A DNA stretch of 64,000 bases, from positions 190-64,189 of the forward strand of contig JAYRVH010000013.1 of NCBI GenBank assembly GCA_041918615.1, read 5' to 3'. Both the position numbers and the translations under genes were made by a program. Below the pieces are notes generated by a model. It ran no database searches, was not told the origin of the DNA, and worked only from the letters and a program-made list of their open reading frames with translations. Positions 53,073 to 61,632 of the stretch are shown here, one piece after another (position 1 is the stretch's first letter; every line of letters starts with the position of its first letter). This DNA comes from Acidimicrobiales bacterium (GTDB lineage: Bacteria; Actinomycetota; Acidimicrobiia; Acidimicrobiales; DATDAH01).

Positions 53073-54323
53073 GTGGTGCCCGTCGAGAGCGGGACTGGCG
53101 CGGGGAGCGGCGGCGGGGCCTGCCTGCCGCGACCGGTGGTCGACGAGGTGGAGCGGCACAAGGCAGCTGCCTATCGGCGCTACCTCGTCGAGGCGGGCCG
53201 AATCCGGGAGGCCGAATCCGGGGCGAGTCGGCCCCGACCGGAAGGCCCCGCCTGCAGGAGCGATCCCGACACCGAGTTCGCGCAGTTCGCCACCTACGCG
53301 TGGTACTCCCCCTTGGGCTACGTGCCCCAGGTCCTCGGGGTCGGTCTCGGCCGCCTGGCGGGGCTCGGGCCAGCGGGCATGCTCCTCCTCGCCCGGCTGG
53401 CGACGCTGGCGGCGTCCATCGCCATCAGCGCCATCGCCATCCGGCGCACGCCGTGGGCGCCCTGGGCGTTCGTTGCCATCGGCCTCCTGCCGTCCACCCT
53501 GTTCCAGGCCGCCACGTCGATCTCGCCGGACGCCCTCACCACCGCCATGGCGATGCTGGTGCTCGCCTCGGCCCTTCGGATCACCGCTCGTCCAGAACGC
53601 CCCTGGGCCCCGCAACTCGCCGAGGCCGTCGGGCTGACGCTGGTGCTGGCCCTGTGCAAGCCGACCTACGTGCTCGTTACGGCGGCCTACCTGATGCCGT
53701 TGTTGCGTCGTCCGGTCGAACGGGGCCGCCGGCTCCTGCTCGCGGCCGTGCCGGTGCTCGGTCTCGGCGTGTCCGCGCTCTGGCAGCGCAGCCAACGGCA
53801 CCTCTTCATCTGTGACACCCGTCTCTTCGGTATCGGAGCGGACCCGGCGGCGCAGGCCACCCAGATCCTGCATCGCCCTCACCTCCTCGTTGCCGGGATG
53901 GCCGAGGCGACCGCCCGGTTCGGCGGGGAGTGGCTCGACGACCTGATCCGCATCGGGGACAAGGACCTCACCTGGTCGAGGCCTGCCGTTCTCGTGGGCG
54001 TCGCCCTGTTCATCGGCGTCGCCACCCGGTCGGCCGACCGCAGCGGCTTCGCGCTCGCCCCTCGGCACCGGGCCCTGCTCGGTGTCCTCTTCCTCGGCGG
54101 AATCGGAGCCGTGCTGGGAGGCTGGTTCCTGTACTGCAACAGCCCCACCTTCCGTATCGACATCGCCCCGAGCGCTCGCCTGTTCGGGCCGTTCCTGCCC
54201 GTTCTGGCCGTGGCCGTCGCACCGTCCCGAAGGGGCAGCGGCGGCTTCGGGCAGTGGTGCACCGCGCTGCTGGTCCCCTTCTATCTCGTGTGGACGACCC
54301 AACTCCTGGCGCACCAGCTCTGA
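53073..54323 (+). CDS. DUF2142-like polytopic membrane protein; the true N-terminus probably lies upstream of the first canonical start
   Basis: 53073 (GTG) is the first ATG/GTG/TTG after the TAG at 52863. The same frame upstream encodes a TM helix plus ..PAFSGIDESGHFYRTYQITDGQ, which looks like the conserved family N-terminus. See findings. Confidence 0.65.
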   Translation: MVPVESGTGAGSGGGACLPRPVVDEVERHKAAAYRRYLVEAGRIREAESGASRPRPEGPACRSDPDTEFAQFATYAWYSPLGYVPQVLGVGLGRLAGLGPAGMLLLARLATLAASIAISAIAIRRTPWAPWAFVAIGLLPSTLFQAATSISPDALTTAMAMLVLASALRITARPERPWAPQLAEAVGLTLVLALCKPTYVLVTAAYLMPLLRRPVERGRRLLLAAVPVLGLGVSALWQRSQRHLFICDTRLFGIGADPAAQATQILHRPHLLVAGMAEATARFGGEWLDDLIRIGDKDLTWSRPAVLVGVALFIGVATRSADRSGFALAPRHRALLGVLFLGGIGAVLGGWFLYCNSPTFRIDIAPSARLFGPFLPVLAVAVAPSRRGSGGFGQWCTALLVPFYLVWTTQLLAHQL

Positions 54324-54431
54324 GCCACCGAATGCGGCGAATCCGGTACGGGTGCGGCCGACGCGCCGGACCGCCGCCGCGTTCGTGAGAGGCTTCCGCA
54401 TCGCCCGGGAGGACACAGCGAGGAGCGAGCG

Positions 54432-55442
54432 ATGAAGGCAGACCTGGTGCTCGAGGGTGGCGGCGTGAAGGGCATCGGCCTCGTGGGGGCGATCGCCCGC
54501 CTCGAGGAGGACTTCGAGATCGCACGCGTCGCGGGGACCTCGGTGGGCTCGATCGTCGGGTCGCTGGTGGCCGCCGGCTATTCCGGCACAGAGCTCGTCG
54601 ACGAGGTGTTCGCGTTCCCGTTCCAGAAGGTGCAGGACCCCGACCCGATCGACCGGCTGCCCGTGCTCGGACCGCTGCTGTCGATCGCCGCCGATCGCGG
54701 CGTCTGGAACACGACCTTCGTACGCGATTACCTCGCCGACCTGCTGGCCGCCAAGGGCGTCCACACGTTCTCCGACCTCCGCCTCCCCGACGCCGGCTCG
54801 TCGCTGACCAGGGAGCGGCGTTACCGCCTCGTCGTCACCGCCACCGATGTCACCGCTGGCGAGCTGCTCTACCTGCCCTGGGACTACCAGAGCCACTTCG
54901 GGCTCGACCCCGACGAGCAGAGCGTGGCCGACGCCGTCGCCGCGTCGATCGCCATCCCGTTCTTCTTCGAGCCCGTCACGCTCACCGATGCGCGCAACGG
55001 TGACGAGCACGTGCTGGTCGACGGCGGGGCCCTGTCCAACTTCCCGATCTCGGTCTTCGACCGCACCGACGGCGAGCCGCCCCGCTGGCCCACTTTCGGC
55101 CTGAAGATCATGCCGCGTCTCCCCGAGGGCGCAGCCGGGCTCGTGCCCTTCGCCGGCCGGATCCCCATCCCCGGCGTCCGCCACCTCGAGGCGCTCATCG
55201 CCACGGTCATCGTCGGGCGTGATCAGACGTTCCTCTCCCAACCCTGCGTGGCGGCCCGGACGATGCAACTGGACACCGCCGGCGTCGGCGTCGTCGACTT
55301 CCACCTGCCCGACGAGGACAAGCGCCTCCTCCGCGACCGTGGCCGGCAGGCGGCTGACACGTTCCTCGAAGGTTGGGACTGGGACGCCTACCTCGCCCGC
55401 TGCCGCGGCGGGCCGAGCCCGACGGCCTCCGTCGACCGATAG
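54432..55442 (+). CDS. patatin-like phospholipase
   Basis: GGGVKG oxyanion motif, GTSVGS nucleophile elbow, DGG. SD AGGAG 6 nt upstream. Confidence 0.9.
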   Translation: MKADLVLEGGGVKGIGLVGAIARLEEDFEIARVAGTSVGSIVGSLVAAGYSGTELVDEVFAFPFQKVQDPDPIDRLPVLGPLLSIAADRGVWNTTFVRDYLADLLAAKGVHTFSDLRLPDAGSSLTRERRYRLVVTATDVTAGELLYLPWDYQSHFGLDPDEQSVADAVAASIAIPFFFEPVTLTDARNGDEHVLVDGGALSNFPISVFDRTDGEPPRWPTFGLKIMPRLPEGAAGLVPFAGRIPIPGVRHLEALIATVIVGRDQTFLSQPCVAARTMQLDTAGVGVVDFHLPDEDKRLLRDRGRQAADTFLEGWDWDAYLARCRGGPSPTASVDR

Positions 55443-55594
55443 GGCGACTAGCCAGAACCATCGACGACCGGGCGCATGCACCTCGAGTACCCGGGACCGG
55501 GCAGGACAGAAGCCCTCAAACGCCATGCTGCGGGCAGGACCCCCCTGCGCCTGACAGACCGGGTTCCGCTATGGTGCGAGTCGAGGAGGCTCCA

Positions 55595-56656
55595 ATGCGA
55601 ACGCATCGACGGACCGCGCTTCTGGTTGCCGCGGCGATCCTGGCACCTGTGCTGGGCATGCCCCACTCTGCTGCCGAACTGCCGGTCACCATTCCCAGCG
55701 CACTGTCCGGTGCCGACAGCGTGCCCGCCCTCACCGACGTCACCGTGTCGAACACCGGTGCAAGCGACGAGGTGGTCTTCACCTTTGCCGGTGACATCCC
55801 TCCCGGCGTCGAGGCCACGGTCGCAAACCCGCCGTTCCGCGACACGGCGGGCAACGTCGTCACCCCGGCCGGCGCGGCGTTCGTCAATCTGCACCTGGCC
55901 CCCGCCCGAACGGTGAGCCTCGGCGAGAGCTGCGAACAGGCGGTCGACGCGCCCCCGAGCCCGGGGCCCGGCGAGACGGGCACCACGGTCTTCTTCAGTT
56001 GCTTCGACGGCCTCAACGGCCCAGCGCCGGTCGTTCCGTCCGGACGGGCCGTGACCGCCGGTTCTGCCAGCCAGCTCCTCACCGCCACCCTCGAACAGCT
56101 CCTGGCCGGCCCCAGCGCCGGTGACCGCGCCGCAGGGCTCACGTCGCTGTTCTCGGGCGCCACCACGGGCGAACTCGCGTCAGCGACCGTCGCGGCAGAC
56201 GGCACCGCCACGGTCGACTTCGATCCCAGCCTGGCCACCACGATCCCGAATGCGAGCTCGAGCGCCGGGAGCGACGAGCTCGTGCGCGAGCTCGATGCGA
56301 CGGTGTTCCAGTTCCCCGGTGTGACCTCGGCGACCTACGAGCTCGGCGGTAGCTGCGACGACTTCTACGCGTGGCTCCAGAGCGACTGCACGACCCGTAC
56401 TCGCGACGACGCGGAGGCGGCCAGGGTGGCCACCACCTACTTCGGGCCCGACTCGGTGACGGGCCCGTCGGAGAACGTCACCGAGGTCGTGCTCATCGAG
56501 GACTTCGAGGCACAGCTCACCTGGGTCATCGGCCAAGACGTCGCGGCAGACGTCACCGTCACGACGGCAACCGATCCTGCCAGGGTGATCGTCGACGTCC
56601 CGCACGCGGCGCCGACGCCTCAGCCGATTCCGGTCCAGCCCAGCTTCACCGGCTGA
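55595..56656 (+). CDS. secreted GerMN-domain protein
   Basis: ATG 55595 after GAGGAGG. Signal peptide MRTHRRTALLVAAAILAPVLGMPHSAA. Central block LEQLLAGPSAGDRAAGLTS...VDFD resembles GerMN. Confidence 0.7.
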   Translation: MRTHRRTALLVAAAILAPVLGMPHSAAELPVTIPSALSGADSVPALTDVTVSNTGASDEVVFTFAGDIPPGVEATVANPPFRDTAGNVVTPAGAAFVNLHLAPARTVSLGESCEQAVDAPPSPGPGETGTTVFFSCFDGLNGPAPVVPSGRAVTAGSASQLLTATLEQLLAGPSAGDRAAGLTSLFSGATTGELASATVAADGTATVDFDPSLATTIPNASSSAGSDELVRELDATVFQFPGVTSATYELGGSCDDFYAWLQSDCTTRTRDDAEAARVATTYFGPDSVTGPSENVTEVVLIEDFEAQLTWVIGQDVAADVTVTTATDPARVIVDVPHAAPTPQPIPVQPSFTG

Positions 56657-57045
56657 CCCGAGGGTCCGCCCGCGTCGGGTGGTCATGACCCCTGCCCCGA
56701 GGTGGACCCTCCGCTGGTCGGCCCGACCAAGAGGCGGTGGATCGCAGGGTGACCTGGGCGGCACCGTCATTACCGCGGGTCATTTGGTCACCGGAGACAC
56801 CGGCCGCACAGCCGGCCGACCCGACCGTCACGGCAACCAAGACCGGACGACCACGACACGAGGGCTGGGGGGAGCCACTCCCTTGCCCCGGGCAGCTCCG
56901 CTCCCCCTCTTCGGCACACGGCGCTGCACAGACGGTGCGTTGCCGTCAGGTACATCACCCGCGGGCCCGGCGCCGCCCGCTGCCCCCAGGACCGAGCGCG
57001 CCATGAATAGGGTTCCCGTCAGGGCGCGCTACGCTCCCTGGCTCC

Positions 57046-57117
57046 GGGCGATTAGCTCAGCGGTAGAGCGCTGCCTTCACACGGCAGAGGTCACTGGTTC
57101 GAAACCAGTATCGCCCA
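57046..57117 (+). tRNA. tRNA-Val: tRNA-Val (anticodon CAC), CCA not encoded
   Basis: Hand-folded cloverleaf: acceptor GGGCGAT/ATCGCCC, D arm GCTC-AGCGGTA-GAGC, anticodon arm CTGCC-TTCACAC-GGCAG, T arm ACTGG-TTCGAAA-CCAGT, discriminator A. 72 nt. Confidence 0.9.
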
Positions 57118-57274
57118 CTCGGAGAACTCCCTTGTCAGGGGCCGGAAAGGCCCGACCGTGCAGTTCCCGCCACCGCCCCCGAAGCCCCGTTTGTCCGCGA
57201 AATGTCCGCGGCGGAGGCCCGCCGGCCCGCTGAGCCGGACCATTTTGTCGCGGCCGTTGGCATGTTGTGTCGAT

Positions 57275-57538
57275 GTGAGCGATGGTGCCGCCGGGCTGTC
57301 CGGGGAGTTGTGGGACGTGGACCGCCTTGCCGCGTACCTGGGGGTGGGCCGCCGGTTCGTGTACCGGCTGACCCACGAGCGCCGCATCCGCCACGTCAAG
57401 GTCGCCAACCAGTTGCGGTTCCGTCCTGAGGACGTGGCCGCGTTCCTGGCTGACCAGACCGTCGAGCCCGACGCCGGCGAGGTGCCGCCGTCGCCGGTGC
57501 GGCGGGGTGGGCGGCCCCGCAACGAGGTGGTGTGGTGA
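57275..57538 (+). CDS. excisionase-family helix-turn-helix DNA-binding protein
   Basis: LWDVDRLAAYLGVGRRFVYRLTHERRIRHVKVANQLRFRPEDVAAFL matches the Xis/AlpA/MerR-like HTH_17 pattern. Start (GTG 57275) is uncertain. Confidence 0.65.
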   Translation: MSDGAAGLSGELWDVDRLAAYLGVGRRFVYRLTHERRIRHVKVANQLRFRPEDVAAFLADQTVEPDAGEVPPSPVRRGGRPRNEVVW

Positions 57539-57670
57539 GCGGCCGGCGGCAGGTGGCGGGCGTGAAGCGCCGGGGTGCGGGCTGGCAGGTCCGGCTGCGG
57601 GGCCCCGACGGCCGCGAGGTCAGCGCCACCTTCGACACCCAGGACGAGGCCGCCGCCTGGCGGGCCGGTC
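57532..57670 (+). pseudogene. tyrosine-integrase N-terminal stump (~45 codons)
   Basis: GTG overlaps the HTH gene stop. ..KRRGAGWQVRLRGPDGREVSATFDTQDEAAAWRAG resembles the N-terminal arm-binding region of actinobacterial integrases. After ~57670 the frame turns to Arg/Pro junk. No catalytic domain is present anywhere nearby. Confidence 0.55.
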
Positions 57671-57673
57671 GGG

Positions 57674-58945
57674 GCCCTCGTCGCGGCACGCGACGGCATC
57701 CCCGCGGTCACGGTGGCCAACACCGGCCCCGGTGCTGCCACCTCGCCCCGCCTGCGTGTCGAGCTCCCCGCCGAGCTCGCCTTCGTCGCCGCCACCGGGG
57801 GGCCGTGGCGGTGCACCCCGACGGTGGCGGGGGCCACCTGCGAGCGTGACCGGCTCGCCGCCGGCGCCGACCACGTCGTGTGCCTCCGGGTCCGGGCCGC
57901 GCCGACGGCCGCCACCGGGCTGGCCGCCACCGCCGCGGTCACCTCCGCCACCGTCGACCCGACCCCCGCCTCGAACAGCGCGACCCAACCGCTGTCCGTC
58001 GACGAGATCGGGCTGCCCGCGACCTACGCCGGGCAACGCCGCGGTGACATCGCCCTGATCGGGAACACCCTCGCCAGCTGCCCCGACACCGCCGGCGCCG
58101 CCTGCACCGACGCCCGCAACCGCATCGGCGACGACCTCGACGACAACGACTGGGCGACCAGGCCACTCGACGCCGACACCGACCCCACCACCACCTCGTC
58201 GAGCGCACCGACCCTCACCCGGCCCGCCGGCGCCACGGTGACCTGGGCCCGCCTCTACTGGGGAGCCGACACCGCGTCCGGCAGTGGAGGCGTCCCCGCC
58301 GCCCAGCCCTCCGCGCGAGGCACCATCCGCTTCGCGACCCCCACCGGCGGCTATCAGACCATCACCGCCGACCGGGTCGACGACCGCGCCGGCCGCTACC
58401 AGGCCGCCGCCGACGTCACCGCCGTCGTGGCCGCCGCCGGCGACGGCACCTACTGGGCCGCCGGCATCCAAGCCGGCACCGGCCGCGACCGCTACGCCGC
58501 CTGGAGCCTCGCCGTCGTCTACGACACCCCCACCGGGCCGATTCGCCGCCTCGTCGTGTTCGACGGGCTCGCCGTGGTCGACGCCGACCACCCCGCCCGG
58601 TTCGACGTCAGCGGCTTCCGCACCCCCGACACCGGGCCCGCCGACGCCACCTTGGGCATCGTCGCCTACGAAGGCGACGCCACCCTCACCGGCGACACCG
58701 CCACCATCGACGGCCGACCCCTCACCGACCCCGCCAACCCCGCTGACAACCTCCTCAACAGCACCGTCTCCCACCTCGGCGGCCCGGCCCCGGGCCGCAT
58801 CCCCGACCACCCGAACACCTTCGGTGCCGACATCGACACCCTCGCCATCGGCCCCTACCTCGCGCCCGGCGCCCGCAACGCGGCCATCGACCTCGCCTCC
58901 ACCGGCGAGACCTACCTCCCCGGCGTCCTCACCCTCTCCGTCGCC
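57674..58945 (+). pseudogene. internal fragment of a DUF11-type surface protein (no start, no signal peptide)
   Basis: A different frame from the integrase stump. IPAVTVANTGPGAATSPRLRVELPAELAFVAA... (DUF11-like), then ..ATVTWARLYWGADT..AWSLAVVYD.. Protein-like composition ends near ..PGVLTLSVA. Confidence 0.5.
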
Positions 58946-59251
58946 TGCAGACCAGCACCTCGCCGCCATCGGCTCTGGCCACCCCGGACACGGTGTCCGC
59001 GAGATGTCCGCGAATGGCGCGGGAACCGGGGTCGCGGGTGGTAGACCGGGGACAACCCGAGACAGAGGCCCCGATCACATAGTCCCTGGTCAGCAAGGGA
59101 TTTCGGGTTTCTCGCCGGGGGCCTCCTTGGCGTTCTGGCGGAAGTTGCTCGTGGCTTCGGCCGGACGATCGGCGCGGCCGATCGTCGCTGTGTCGTTTCC
59201 GCGAGGGTTGTTGCCGCTCGTGTGGCTCTCCCGCGGTCCAGCGGCTCGCGT

Positions 59252-60511
59252 TCAGCCGGTCGGGGCCGTCAACTGGTCGAGCGAAGGGGCCTGCGGGCGC
59301 AGGGACCCTGGCTCCCACCGCCCGTCCGGACGTCCCGGCCGGTTGGGTTGGTCACCGGGTTCGGTGACCTGCCGGTAGTCGACACTGCCGGGTGGCTGGG
59401 TGAAGGCCAGCTCGGCCGGTGGCACGGTCGAGGTGCTCGGCTCCCCGCAGGGCAGGAGGATCTCGAGGTCGGGGGGGGCGGAGGTGTCGGATCGGTTGTC
59501 GGAGAAGCAGTTGCCCGTGCCCGTTGGCTCACCGCCACTTTCGGCCACGAAGGCGAGGTCGATCCGGTTGGCGCTCAGCGTGTTGTTGGTGACGTGGTTG
59601 TCCTGGGGTTGGTATCCCGCCTGGTCGATGAGCAGGATTCCTCCGCCGTCGTGATCAGTGATCACGTTGCGGTCGATGCGATTGTCGGTTCCGCCGGCGA
59701 CCACGATCCCGAAGCCGAAGCCACCCTCGGTCACGGGGGCGTCGGGGTCGTCGTTGTCGGTCACCAGGTTCGCCACGATGTCGCCGCCGACCTGGGGTGC
59801 GAGGTACTCAGAGTCGGCGGACGCGATGGTCACACCGACCCGGTTGTGGCGGATGATGTTGCGGGCGACGGTGACGCCGCTGGCGTTGGTGTTCTCGTAG
59901 CCGATCGCGTTGAGCTCCATCACGTTGTCGATGACGACGGCACCACAGTCCTCGCATTGGCCGACGTAGATACCCGAGTCGGGGTGGCCGCTGGCGTAGT
60001 TGTGGTCGAACTGGCCAGGACCGGTGCCGAACGCGTAGAGGCCGTAGAGCCCGTTGTTCAGCACCGTGACGTAGCTGGCCCGCCAGCCGATCGGTCCGTT
60101 CTGTGGCCGCTGTTCGTCATAGCTGCCGGTGAAGATCACGCCGTTGACCGTGTAGTGGCGCACGGTGAGGTTCTCGATGACCACCTGGTCCGATCGGATC
60201 TCGAAGCCGTTGCTCAGTCGATCTTGGCCATCGAGGACCACGTCGTTGCGGTCCTCTCCCCGGATCACGATCTGGTCGGTGTCGACCACGACCGCCTCGT
60301 GGTAGGTGCCGGGCGCGATCAGCACCAGGTCGCCAGGACGCGCCGCGTCGACGGCGTCCTGAATGCTCGGGTCATCGGCGGCGACCCGGATGATCCGGGG
60401 GCCGTCCGGGGAGCCCTTCCCGCATCCGGCCGCCAGGAGAGCGGGAAGGACCAGGGCCACGGCCACGACACGACGTAGGCCGGTCGAACGTTCCGGACGC
60501 GTATTGGGCAT
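59252..60511 (-). CDS. right-handed parallel beta-helix repeat lipoprotein (NosD/pectate-lyase-like fold)
   Basis: Lipobox LLAAGC. Repeated ..N.I..N..G.. beta-helix rungs (VIENLTVRHYTVNGV, VARNIIRHNRVGV, IDRNVITDHDGGG). Confidence 0.85.
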   Translation of the reverse strand: MPNTRPERSTGLRRVVAVALVLPALLAAGCGKGSPDGPRIIRVAADDPSIQDAVDAARPGDLVLIAPGTYHEAVVVDTDQIVIRGEDRNDVVLDGQDRLSNGFEIRSDQVVIENLTVRHYTVNGVIFTGSYDEQRPQNGPIGWRASYVTVLNNGLYGLYAFGTGPGQFDHNYASGHPDSGIYVGQCEDCGAVVIDNVMELNAIGYENTNASGVTVARNIIRHNRVGVTIASADSEYLAPQVGGDIVANLVTDNDDPDAPVTEGGFGFGIVVAGGTDNRIDRNVITDHDGGGILLIDQAGYQPQDNHVTNNTLSANRIDLAFVAESGGEPTGTGNCFSDNRSDTSAPPDLEILLPCGEPSTSTVPPAELAFTQPPGSVDYRQVTEPGDQPNRPGRPDGRWEPGSLRPQAPSLDQLTAPTG

Positions 60512-60582
60512 GTGCCTTTATATCGCTCGGTCCAGCGGATGATGACCCATGTGCGGGGGCGCGGGGCCTTAGAGTCCGACAG

Positions 60583-61365
60583 GTGTTTCGTCCCTGTCTC
60601 CTGGGTCGCGCCGCGGCCGCCGGGTTGGCCTTGTTCACGGTCATCGTCGCGTTCTCGGCCTGTGGCGGGTCCGGAGGCAACGAATCCTCGACGACCACTT
60701 CTCGACCTGCCGGGGTGGCGCTGACCGAGCGCGAGTCCGTGCTGGTGGCTCAGATGCTGTTCCGCAATTACCAGTCGGGGGGTGCGACGGTGGCGGCCGC
60801 GGTCGATTACACACCCCAACTCCGGGTGGCGGTGGCCGGCCAGGTCGACTGGCAGCCACATGCGGGGGACCTCACGGTCACGTCGACGTTCGCCGACGGC
60901 CGCCCGCAGCAGGTGCAGCGAGTGGTGTTCACCGAAGACGCGGTGTACACCGAACTCTCGCCGGAGCGGGCGGCGGCCTTGGCGGACCAGGGCCAGCCCG
61001 GGGTCCGGTGGACGGTGCGGGCGCCGGATGTCGAGGGGCGGCCGCTGGATCAAGTGATCGAACTACTCGTTGGTCTGGCCGCCACCCGACCCGACAACCC
61101 GCAACTCGTCCTGCAAGGGGGAATCCGCTTCGATCGGCGGGAGCGGGTCGACGGTCAGACGGCCATCGTGTTCTCGAACACGGCGCAGGGATCGTCGTAC
61201 TGGGTGATACCCGGTAGCGGTGACCTGGTCCGGTTCCAGGGCACCTTGGCGGGCTTCTCCGGGCCGATCTCGATCGACCTCGGCGCTCGTGGCCCCCGTG
61301 AGGTAGAGATCCCCGCCGAGGGTGAAGTGGTGGACGAGGCCCAGGCGGGTACCCAACCGGGTTGA
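60583..61365 (+). CDS. lipoprotein of unknown function
   Basis: GTG start. Signal peptide with lipobox FSAC (MFRPCLLGRAAAAGLALFTVIVAFSACGG). Confidence 0.6.
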   Translation: MFRPCLLGRAAAAGLALFTVIVAFSACGGSGGNESSTTTSRPAGVALTERESVLVAQMLFRNYQSGGATVAAAVDYTPQLRVAVAGQVDWQPHAGDLTVTSTFADGRPQQVQRVVFTEDAVYTELSPERAAALADQGQPGVRWTVRAPDVEGRPLDQVIELLVGLAATRPDNPQLVLQGGIRFDRRERVDGQTAIVFSNTAQGSSYWVIPGSGDLVRFQGTLAGFSGPISIDLGARGPREVEIPAEGEVVDEAQAGTQPG

Positions 61366-61632
61366 CCGTCGCGCGTGCGGCGCCGCCCCGGGATTCGTTC
61401 GCGCGTTGGTGATCTCGAAGATGTCGGGCGGGTCGGCGTGGTCGGTGCCACGTGTCACCGCGAAGGGGCCGCCCGGCGCTTCGAGGCTCACCTGCTGGAC
61501 CCTGCAACCCCGGTCTGGGGGAGCAGGCGTGCCGTTCCCGCTCTGAAGCCTCAAGCCCGTGTGGTGTGTGCCGACGGTTACACGTCCAGAGCCAACTGGC
61601 CTTCAGCCGCCGAGACGGAAGATCACGATCCA

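Noticed and set aside
54432-55442. Patatin-like phospholipase as a CBASS or other anti-phage effector
   Set aside because: No cyclase/nucleotidyltransferase, sensor, or other defence-associated gene is adjacent. The neighbours are envelope-modification genes.
52917-55526. 869-aa minus-strand ORF spanning the DUF2142 and patatin genes
   Set aside because: Antisense shadow. Composition is dominated by R/G/E/D/P, and the plus-strand genes carry clear motifs (GGGVKG, GTSVGS, multiple TM helices).
56657-57045. 389-bp gap upstream of tRNA-Val as a possible additional RNA gene or small CDS
   Set aside because: I could fold no further cloverleaf, ORFs there are compositionally junk, and I saw no repeat structure. 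It is left unannotated.
57192-59012. Imperfect 19-bp direct repeat TGTCCGCGA(A/G)ATGTCCGCG at 57192-57210 and 58994-59012, bracketing the island remnant, as possible att sites
   Set aside because: The position is suggestive, but the unit is internally repetitive (GTCCGCG twice). My rough estimate is that 18/19 matches of this kind occur a few times by chance in 64 kb of this GC content. It also does not overlap the tRNA 3' end, as a true att core normally would.
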